Assembly (NCBI RefSeq): GCF_009914755.1
Contig: NC_060933.1
Strand: one strand, 5' to 3'
Source: the human T2T-CHM13v2.0 reference genome, Homo sapiens
Length of the DNA stretch: 64,000 nucleotides
Position 1 is the stretch's first letter; each line of letters opens with the position of its first letter. Below are positions 53,487-64,000 of the stretch, in pieces. The notes beneath the pieces were generated by a model. The model was not told the origin of the DNA. It was given only the letters and a program-made list of their open reading frames with translations, and made no database searches. Both the position numbers and the translations under genes were made by a program.

Positions 53487-56400
53487 ATTCCGTTCCATTC
53501 CATTCCATTCCATTCTATTCGGGTTAATTCCATTCCATTCCATTCCATTCCATTCTATTCCATTACATTGCAATCGAGTTGAATCCATTGCATTTCATTC
53601 CATTCCATTCCATTCCGGAAGATTCCATTCCATTGCATTCCATTCCATTCCATTCCCCTGCACTCGCGTTGATTCCATTCCATTCCATTCCATTCCGTTC
53701 CGTTCCGTTCCATTCCATTCCATTCCATTCCATTCCATTCCGTTCCGTTCCATAACATTCCATTCCATTCTATTCGGGTTAATTCCATTCCATTCCATTC
53801 GATTGCAATCGAGTTGATTCCATTCCATTCCATTCCATTCCATTCCATTCCTTTCCATTCCATTACGGATGATTCCATTCCATTGCATTCCATTCCATTC
53901 CATTCCCCTGTACTCGGGTTGATTCCATTCCATTCCATTCCAATCCATGCCATTCCACTCGTGTTGATTCCATTCTTTCCATTCCATTCAAGTTGAATCC
54001 ATTCCATTGCATTCCATTCCATTCGATTCCATTCGATTGCACTCGAGTTGATTCCTTTCCATTGCATTCCATTGCATTCCATTCCATTCCATTCCATTCC
54101 ATTTCTCTACATTCAGATTGATTCTATTAAATTCCCTTACACTCCATTATATTCCAATCCATTCTGGTTGTTTCCATTCCATTCCATTCCATTTCACTCC
54201 ATTCCATTGCACTCGGGTTGATTCCATTCCTTTCCATTCCATTGCACTCCATTCCATTCTTTTCCGGATGATTCCATTCCATTGCATTCCATTCCATTCT
54301 ATTCGCTGCACTCGGGTTGATTCCATTCCATTCCATTCCATTCCATTCCAATTCTTTCCATTCCATTCCATTCTATACCATTCCATTCCATTCCATACAA
54401 TTCCATTCCATTCCATTCCATTCCATTCCATTCCATTCCGTTCCGTTCACTTCCGTTCCATACCATTCCATTCCATTCTATTCGGGTTAATTCCATTCCA
54501 TTCCATTCCATTCCATTCAATTCCATTCTATTCCATTCCATTGCAATCGAGTTGAATCCATTGCATTCCATTCCATTCCATTCCATTCCAGAAGATTCCA
54601 TTCCATTGCATTCCATTCCATTCCATTCCCCTGCCCTCGCGTTGATTCCATTCCATTCCATTCCATTCCGTTCCGTTCCGTTCCATTCCATTCCATTCCA
54701 TTCCATTCCGTTCCGTTCCGTTACGTTCCATTCCATTCCATTCTATTCGGGTTAATTCCATTCCATTCCTTCGGTTGCAATCGAGTTGATTCCATTCCAT
54801 TCCATTCCATTACATTCCGTTCCATTCCATTCCATTACATTCTATTCGGGTTAATTCCATTCCATTCCATTCCACTCCATTCCAGTCCTTTCCATTCCAT
54901 TCCACTCGGGTTGATTCCATTCTATTCCTTTCCATTCCATTCCATTCCATTGCAATCGAGTTGATTCCATTCGAGTTGAATCCATTCCATTCCATTCCAT
55001 TCCATTTCATTGCACACGGGTTCATTGCAATCCATTCCATTCCATTCCATTCCATTCCATTCCATTCCATTCCATTCCATTTCGTTCCAATCCCTTCTAT
55101 TCCGAACCATTCCATTCCATTCCATTCCTTTCCATTCCATTCCATTCCGTGCCATTCCATTCTGGTTGATTCCATTCCTTTCCATTCCATTCGGGTTGAA
55201 TACATTCCATTCCATTGCACTGCATTCGAATCCATTCCATTGCACTCGGGTTGATTCCATTCCATTCCATTCCATTCCATTCGGTTCCATTCCATTTCAT
55301 TACTTTCAGATTGATTCTATTCAATTCCCTTACACTCCATTATATTGCAGTCCATTCTGGTTGTTTCCATTCCATTCCATTCCATTTCACTGCATTGCAT
55401 TGCACTCGGGTTCATTCCATTCCATTCCATTCCATTCCATTCCGGATGATTCCATTCCATTGCATTCCATTCCATTCCATAAGCCTGCACTCGGGTTGAT
55501 TCCATTCCTTTCCATTCCATTCCATTCCATTCCATATCGTTCAATTCCATTCCATATCGTTCCATTCCATTCTATTCCGTACCATTCCATTCCATTCCAT
55601 TCCATTCCATTCCATGCCATTCCGCTCGGGTTGATTCCATTCCTTTCCACTCCATTCGAATTGAATCCATTCCATTCCATTCCATTCCATTCCATTCCAT
55701 TCCGTATGATTCCATTCCATTGTATTCCATTCCATTCCATTCCGCTGCACTCGGGTTGATTCCATTCCATTCCATTCCATTCCATTCCATTGCATTCCAT
55801 TCCGTTCCATTCCATTCCATTCCATTCTATTCGGGTTAATTCCATTCCATTCCATTCGATTCCATTCCATTCCATTCCATTCCATTGCAAACGAGTTGAT
55901 CCCATTCCATTCCATTCCATTCCGTTCCGGATGATTCCATTCAATTACATTCCATTCCATTCCATTCAATTCCATTCCATTACAATTCCTTCCATTCCAT
56001 TCTATTCCGTACCATTCCATTCCATTCCATACCATTCCATTCCATTCCATTCCGTTCCATTCCGTTCCATTCCATTCCATTCCATTCTATTCGGATTAAT
56101 TCCATTCCATTCCATTCCATTCCATTCTATTCCATTCCATTGCAATCGAGTTGAAACCATTGCATTTCATTCCATTCCATTCCATTCCATTCCATTCCGG
56201 AAGATTCCATTCCATTGCATTCCATTGCATTCCATTCCCGTGTACTCGCGTTGATTCCATTCCATTCCATTCCATTCCATTCTATTCCATTCCGTTCCGT
56301 TCCATTCCATTCCATTCCATTCCATTCCGTTCCGTTCCATTCCATTCCATTCCATTCTCTTCGGGTTAATTCCATTCCATTCCATTCGATTGCAATCGAG

Positions 56401-59400
56401 TTGATTCCATTCCATTCCATTCCATTCCATTCCATTCCTTTCCATTCCATTACGGATGATTCCATTCCATTGCATTCCATTCCATTCCATTCCCCTGCAC
56501 TCGCGTTGATTCCATTCCATTCCATTCCATTCCATTCTATTCCATTCCGTTCTGTTCCATTCCAATCCATTCCATTCCATTCCATTCCGTTCCGTTCCAT
56601 TCCATTCCATTCCATTCTATTCGGGTTAATTCCATTACATTCCATTCGATTCCATTCCATTCCATTCCATTCCATTCCATTACGGATGATTCCATTCCAT
56701 TGCATTCCATTCCATTCCATTCCCCTGTACTCGGGTTGATTCCATTCCATTCCATTCCAATCCATGCCATTCCACTCGTGTTGATTCCATTCTTTACATT
56801 CTATTCAACTTGAATCCATTCCATTGCATTCCATTCCATTCCATTCCCCTGCTGTTGGGTTGATTCCATTCCATTCCATTCCATTCCATTCCATTCCATT
56901 CCATTCCGTTCCGTTCCATTCCACTCCATTCCATTCTATTCGGGTTAATTCCATTCCATTCCATTCCATTCCATTCCATTCCAATCGAGTTGATTCCATT
57001 CCATTCCATTCCATTCCATTGCACTCCATTCCAGTCCTTTCCATTCCATTCCACTCGGGTTGATTCCAATGTATTCCTTTCCATTCCATTCCATTCCATT
57101 GCAATCGAGTTGATTCCATTGCTTTGCATTCCATTCCATTCCATTCCATTCTGGATGATTCCATTCCATTGCATTCCATTCCATTCCATTCTCCTGCACT
57201 CGGGTTGATTCCATTCCATTCCACTCCATTCCGTTCCATTCCCTTCCATTCCATTGTATTCTGGTTAATTCCATTCCATTCCATTCCATTCCATTCCATT
57301 CCATTCCATTTCGTTCCAATCCCTTCTATTCCGAACCATTCCATTCCATTCCATTCCTTTCCATTCCATTCCATTCCGTGCCATTCCATTCTGGTTGATT
57401 CCATTCCTTTCCATTCCATTCGGGTTGAATACATTCCATTCCATTGCACTGCATTCGAATCCATTCCATTGCACTCGGGTTGATTCCATTCCATTCCATT
57501 CCATTCCATTCGGTTCCATTCCATTTCATTACTTTCAGATTGATTCTATTCAATTCCCTTACACTCCATTATATTGCAGTCCATTCTGGTTGTTTCCATT
57601 CCATTCCATTCCATTTCACTGCATTGCATTGCACTCGGGTTCATTCCATTCCATTCCATTCCATTCCATTCCATTCCGGATGATTCCATTCCATTGCATT
57701 CCATTCCATTCCATAAGCCTGCACTCGGGTTGATTCCATTCCTTTCCATTCCATTCCATTCCATTCCATATCGTTCAATTCCATTCCATATCGTTCCATT
57801 CCATTCTATTCCGTACCATTCCATTCCATTCCATTCCATTCCATTCCATGCCATTCCGCTCGGGTTGATTCCATTCCTTTCCACTCCATTCGAATTGAAT
57901 CCATTCCATTCCATTCCATTCCATTCCATTCCATTCCGTATGATTCCATTCCATTGTATTCCATTCCATTCCATTCCGCTGCACTCGGGTTGATTCCATT
58001 CCATTCCATTCCATTCCATTCCATTGCATTCCATTCCGTTCCATTCCATTCCATTCCATTCTATTCGGGTTAATTCCATTCCATTCCATTCGATTCCATT
58101 CCATTCCATTCCATTCCATTGCAATCGAGTTGATCCCATTCCATTCCATTCCATTCCGTTCCGGATGATTCCATTCAATTACATTCCATTCCATTCCATT
58201 CCCCTGCAGTCGGGTAGATTCCATTCCATTCCATTCCATTCCATTCCATTCCATTCCGTTCCGTTCCATTCCATTCCATTCCATTCTATTCGGGTTAATT
58301 CTTTTCCATTCCATTCCATTCCATTCCATTCCAATCGAGTTGATTCCATTCCATTCCATTCCATTCCATTCCACTCCATTCCAGTCCTTTCCATTACATT
58401 CCAGTCGGGTTGATTCCAATGTATTCCTTTCCATTCCATTCCATTCCATTGCAATCGAGTTGATTCCATTGCTTTGCATTCCATTCCATTCCATTCCATT
58501 CCATTCCGGATGATTCCATTCCATTGCATTCCATTCCATTCCCTTGCACTCGTGTTGATTCCATTCCATTCCACTCCACTCCATTCCATTCCATTCCATT
58601 CCATTCCATTCCATTACAATCGAGTTGATTCCATTCCATTCCATTCCATTCCAGTGCTTTCCATTCCATTCCACTCGGGTTGATTCCATTCTATTAGTTT
58701 CCATTCCATTCCATTCCCTTCCATTCCACTCTGGTTGATTCCATTCCTTTCCATTCCACTCGAATACATTCCCTCCTATTCCACTCGGATCGATTCCATT
58801 CCATTCCATTCCATTCCATTCCATTCCATTCCATTCCATTCCATTTCGTTCCATTCCATTCTATTCCGTATCATTCCATTTCATTCCATTCCATTCCATT
58901 CCATTCCATTCCATTCCATTCCATTCCATTCCGTTGTAGTCGGGTTGATTCCCTTCCATTGCATTCCATTCCATTCCATTCCATTCCATTACGTTGCATT
59001 CCATTCCATTACATTCGGATTGATTCTATTCAACTCCCTTACTCTCCATTACATTCCATTCCATTCGGGTTGTTCCATTCCATTCCATGCCATTCCACTC
59101 CATTCCATTGCACTCGGGTTTATTCCATTCCATTCCATTCCATTCCATTCCATTCCGGATGATTCCATTGCATTGCATTCCGTTCCATTACATTCCCCTG
59201 CACTCGCGTTGATTCCATTCCATTCCATTCCATTCCATTCAATTCCATTCCATTACAATTCCTTCCATTCCATTCTATTCCGTACCATTCCATTCCATTC
59301 CATACCATTCCATTCCATTCCATTCCGTTCCATTCCGTTCCATTCCATTCCATTCCATTCTATTCGGATTAATTCCATTCCATTCCATTCCATTCCATTC

Positions 59401-61145
59401 TATTCCATTCCATTGCAATCGAGTTGAAACCATTGCATTTCATTCCATTCCATTCCATTCCATTCCATTCCGGAAGATTCCATTCCATTGCATTCCATTG
59501 CATTCCATTCCCGTGTACTCGCGTTGATTCCATTCCATTCCATTCCATTCCATTCTATTCCATTCCGTTCCGTTCCATTCCATTCCATTCCATTCCATTC
59601 CATTCCGTTCCGTTCCATTCCATTCCATTCCATTCTCTTCGGGTTAATTCCATTCCATTCCATTCGATTGCAATCGAGTTGATTCCATTCCATTCCATTC
59701 CATTCCATTCCATTCCTTTCCATTCCATTACGGATGATTCCATTCCATTGCATTCCATTCCATTCCATTCCCCTGCACTCGCGTTGATTCCATTCCATTC
59801 CATTCCATTCCATTCTATTCCATTCCGTTCTGTTCCATTCCAATCCATTCCATTCCATTCCATTCCGTTCCGTTCCATTCCATTCCATTCCATTCTATTC
59901 GGGTTAATTCCATTACATTCCATTCGATTCCATTCCATTCCATTCCATTCCATTCCATTACGGATGATTCCATTCCATTGCATTCCATTCCATTCCATTC
60001 CCCTGTACTCGGGTTGATTCCATTCCATTCCATTCCAATCCATGCCATTCCACTCGTGTTGATTCCATTCTTTTCATTCTATTCAAGTTGAATCCATTCC
60101 ATTGCATTCCATTCCATTCCATTCCCCTGCTGTTGGGTTGATTCCATTCCATTCCATTCCATTCCATTCCATTCCATTCCATTCCATTCCGTTCCGTTCC
60201 ATTCCACTCCATTCCATTCTATTCGGGTTAATTCCATTCCATTCCATTCCATTCCATTCCATTCCATTCCAATCGAGTTGATTCCATTCCATTCCATTCC
60301 ATTCCATTGCACTCCATTCCAGTCCTTTCCATTCCATTCCACTCGGGTTGATTCCAATGTATTCCTTTCCATTCCATTCCATTCCATTGCAATCGAGTTG
60401 ATTCCATTGCTTTGCATTCCATTCCATTCCATTCCATTCTGGATGATTCCATTCCATTGCATTCCATTCCATTCCATTCTCCTGCACTCGGGTTGATTCC
60501 ATTCCATTCCACTCCATTCCGTTCCATTCCCTTCCATTCCATTGTATTCTGGTTAATTCCATTCCATTCCATTCCATTCCATTCCATTCCATTCCATTAC
60601 AATCGAGTTGATTCCATTCCATTCCATTCCATTCCATTCCATTCAATTCCATTCCATTCCACTCCATTCCATTGTACTCGGGTTGATTCCATTCCATTCC
60701 ATTCCATTCCATTCCATTCCGGATGATTCCATTCCATTGCATTCCGTTCTATTACATTCCCCTGCACTCGCGTTGATTCCATTCCATTCCATTCCATTCC
60801 ATTCCATTCCATTCCAATTCGTTCCATTCCATTCTATTCCGTACCATTCCATTCCATTCCATACCATTCCATTCCATTCCATTCCATTCCATTCCTTTCC
60901 ATTCCGTTCCATTCCGTTCCATTCCATTCCATTCCAATCTATTAGGGTTAATTCCATTCCATTCCATTCCATTCCATTCTATTCCATTCCATTGCAATCG
61001 AGTTGAATCCACTGCATTCCATTCCATTCCATTCCATTCCATTCCATTCCATTCCGGAAGATTCCATTCCATTGCATTCCATTCCATTCCATTCCCCTGC
61101 ACTCGCGTTGATTCCATTCCATTCCATTCCATTCCATTCCATTCC

Positions 61146-61185
61146 GTTCCGTTCCGTTCCGTTCCGTTCCGTTCCGTTCCGTTCC
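61146..61185 (+). repeat. (GTTCC)8 variant-pentamer run (paralog of 53452-53486)
   Basis: Eight consecutive GTTCC units in the duplicated block. Confidence 0.9.
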
Positions 61186-64000
61186 ATTCCGTTCCATTCC
61201 ATTCCATTCCATTCTATTCGGGTTAATTCCATTCCATTCCATTCCATTCCATTCTATCCCATTCCATTGCAATCGAGTTGAATCCATTGCATTTCATTCC
61301 ATTCCATTCCATTCCATTCCATTCCGGAAGATTCCATTCCATTGCATTCCATTCCATTCCATTCCCCTGCACTCGCGTTGATTCCATTCCATTCCATTCC
61401 ATTCCGTTCCGTTCCGTTCCATTCCATTCCATTCCATTCCATTCCATTCCATTCCGTTCCGTTCCATAACATTCCATTCCATTCTATTCGGGTTAATTCC
61501 ATTCCATTCCATTCGATTGCAATCGAGTTGATTCCATTCCATTCCATTCCATTCCATTCCATTCCATTCCATTCCTTTCCATTCCATTACGGATGATTCC
61601 ATTCCATTGCATTCCATTCCATTCCATTCCCCTGTACTCGGTTTGATTCCATTCCATTCCATTCCAATCCATGCCATTTCACTCGTGTTGATTCCATTCT
61701 TTCCATTCCATTCAAGTTGAATCCATTCCATTGCATTCCATTCCATTCGATTCCATTCGATTGCACTCGAGTTGATTCCTTTCCATTGCATTCCATTGCA
61801 TTCCATTCCATTCCATTCCATTCCATTTCTTTACATTCAGATTGATTCTATTAAATTCCCTTACACTCCATTATATTCCAATCCATTCTGGTTGTTTCCA
61901 TTCCATTCCATTCCATTTCACTCCATTCCATTGCACTCGGGTTGATTCCATTCCTTTCCATTCCATTGCACTCCATTCCATTCTTTTCCGGATGATTCCA
62001 TTCCATTGCATTCCATTGCATTCTATTCGCTGCACTCGGGTTGATTCCATTCCATTCCATTCCATTCCATTCCAATTCTTTCCATTCCATTCCATTCCAT
62101 ACCATTACATTCCATTCCATACAATTCCATTCCATTCCATTCCATTCCATTCCATTCCGTTCCGGATGATTCCATTCCATTGCATTCCATTCCATTCCAT
62201 TAGCCTGCACTCGGGTTGATTCCATTCCTTTCCATTCCATTCCATTCCATTCCATATCGTTCAATTCCATTCCATATCGTTCCATTCCATTCTATTCCGT
62301 ACCATTCCATTCCATTCCATTCCATTCCATTCCATTCCATGCAATTCCGCTCGGGTTGATTCCATTCCTTTCCACTCTATTCGAATTGAATCCATTCCAT
62401 TCCATTCCATTCCATTCCATTCCATTCCATTCCATTCCGTATGATTCCATTCCATTGTATTCCATTCCATTCCATTCCGCTGCACTCGGGTTGATTCCAT
62501 TCCATTCCATTCCATTCCATTCCATTGCATTCCATTCCGTTCCATTCCATTCCATTCCTTTCTATTCGGGTTAATTCCATTCCATTCCATTCGATTCCAT
62601 TCCATTCCATTCCATTCCATTGCAATCGAGTTGATCCCATTCCATTCCATTCCATTCCGTTCCGGATGATTCCATTCAATTGCATTCCATTCCATTCCAT
62701 TCCCCTGCAGTCGGGTTAATTCCATTCCATTCCATTCCATTCCATTCCATTCCATTCCATTCCATTCCGTTCCATTCCATTCCATTCCATTCTATTCGGT
62801 TTAATTCCTTTCCATTCCATTCCATTCCATTCCATTGCATTCCATTCCAATCGAGTTGATTGCATTCCATTCCATTCCATTCCATTCCACTCCATTCCAG
62901 TCGTTTCCATTCCATTCCACTCGGGTTGATTCCATTCTATTCCTTTCCATTCCATTCCATTCCATTCCATTCCATTGCAATCATGTTGATTCCATTGCTT
63001 TGCATTCCATTCCATTCCATTCCATTCCGGATGATTCCATTCCATTGCATTCCATTCCATTCCATTCCCCTGCACTCGTGTTGATTCCATTCCATTCCAC
63101 CCCATTCCGTTCCATTCCATTCCATTCCATTGTATTCGGGTTAATTCCATTCCATTCCATTCCATTCCTTTCCATTCCATTACAATCGAGTTGATTCCAT
63201 TCCATTCCATTCCATTCCATTCCATTCCCTACCAGTCCTTTCCATTCCATTCTACTCTGGTTGATTCCATTCTATTAGTTTCCATTCCATTCCATTCCCT
63301 TCCATTCCACTCTGGTTGATTCCATTCCTTTCCATTCCACTCGAATACACTCCCTCCTATTCCACTCAGAACGATTCCATTCCATTCCATTCCATTCCAT
63401 TCCATTCCATTCCATTCCATTTCGTTCCATTCCATTCTATTCCATACCATTCCATTCCATTCCATTCCTTTCCATTCCATTCCATTCCACTCGTGTTGAT
63501 TCCATTCGTTTCCATTCCATTCGGTTTGAAAGCATTCCATTCCATTCCATTCCATTCCTTTCCATTCCATTGTACTCGGGTTGATTCCATTCCATTCCAT
63601 TACATTCGATTCCATTCCATTCCATTTCATTCCATTCCATTCCGTTCCATTCCATTCCATTTCATTCCATTCAATTCCATTCCATTCCATTCCATTCCAT
63701 TCCATTCCATTCCATTCCATTTCGTTCCATTCCATTCCGTTCCATTCCATTCCATTTCATTCCATTCCATTTCATTCCATTCCATTCCATTCCATTCCCT
63801 TCCATTCCATTCCATTTCGTTCCATTCCATTCTATTCCATACCATTCCATTCCATTCCATTCCATGCCATTCCACTCGGTTTGATTCCATTTCTTTCCAT
63901 TCCATTCGGGTTGAATCAATTCCATTCCATTCCATTCCATTCCATTCCATTCCATTCCATTCCTTTCCATACCATTGCACTCGGGTTGATTCCATTCCAT

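Larger units (their letters stand above)
53200..62900 (+). repeat. Mosaic of recent block duplications (offsets ~2230, ~3280, ~7710-7724)
   Basis: ttcgttccaatcccttc 55081/57310; ttgaaacc 56151/59424; gctgttggg 56851/60129; caatctattaggg 53226/60935; attcgctgcac 54301/62025; ccatatcgttc 55532/57766/62252. Confidence 0.87.
1..64000 (+). repeat. Human Satellite 3 (HSat3 / Satellite III) pericentromeric tandem array, (ATTCC)n on + strand
   Basis: The entire window is ATTCC pentamers and single-base variants (ATTGC, ATTAC, ATTCT, GTTCC, TTTCC, ACTCC). They are interspersed with the decamer ACTCGGGTTG (revcomp CAACCCGAGT) that classically defines Sat III. The CATTCGATTC-dominated ~23-26 bp pattern of HSat2 is absent. 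Orientation is the same throughout. An HSat3B-like, possibly 9q12, origin is plausible but is inference only. Confidence 0.97.

Noticed and set aside
1-64000. Hundreds of ORFs on both strands (IPFHS and MEWNG repeats)
   Set aside because: (ATTCC)n and (GGAAT)n have no stop codon in any frame. The ORFs overlap in all six frames, shift frame with pentamer count between paralogs, and contain no domain-like sequence.
1-64000. CRISPR-like alternation of constant repeats and variable 'spacers'
   Set aside because: The variable parts are reused 10-bp variants of one decamer and the repeats vary in length. There are no cas genes or leader, and the sequence is primate satellite.
1-64000. Assignment to HSat2, DYZ1 or a specific chromosome
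   Set aside because: It lacks the HSat2 CATTCGATTC-dominated pattern and a uniform ~3.6 kb DYZ1 period. A chromosome or subfamily call needs k-mer classification or alignment to T2T-CHM13, which I cannot run.
1-64000. G-quadruplex or telomere-like repeats
   Set aside because: The minus strand has mostly GG doublets, with only isolated longer G runs. The single ttaggg at ~53233/60942 is a point variant of ttcggg.

Overview
The whole 64 kb window is one uninterrupted array of human (or great-ape) Satellite 3 (HSat3/Sat III), with the C-rich strand on +. (ATTCC)n pentamer runs are punctuated every ~45-100 bp by the classical decamer ACTCGGGTTG (CAACCCGAGT on the other strand) and its variants. 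I see no genes, RNA genes, retroelement insertions, inversions or CRISPR arrays. All listed ORFs (IPFHS / MEWNG repeats) arise because the pentamer encodes no stop codon. I found no novel gene system; what is of interest is satellite architecture. (1) There is an ancestral ~0.9 kb + ~1.7 kb unit grammar with two fixed 1-bp phase shifts. (2) There are nested recent duplications: 4362-bp offset, 1.2 kb, ~6 kb, a 4-copy ~3.2 kb nascent higher-order repeat, and a mosaic distal block. (3) A 175-bp internal dimer spacing is invariant. (4) About 40 perfect three-unit heat-shock elements (TTCnnGAAnnTTC) are created by an in-phase inverted GGAAG pentamer. (5) A 14-bp palindrome recurs. All counts and offsets were read by hand, and duplication boundaries are approximate. 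The chromosome and subfamily cannot be fixed from sequence alone.
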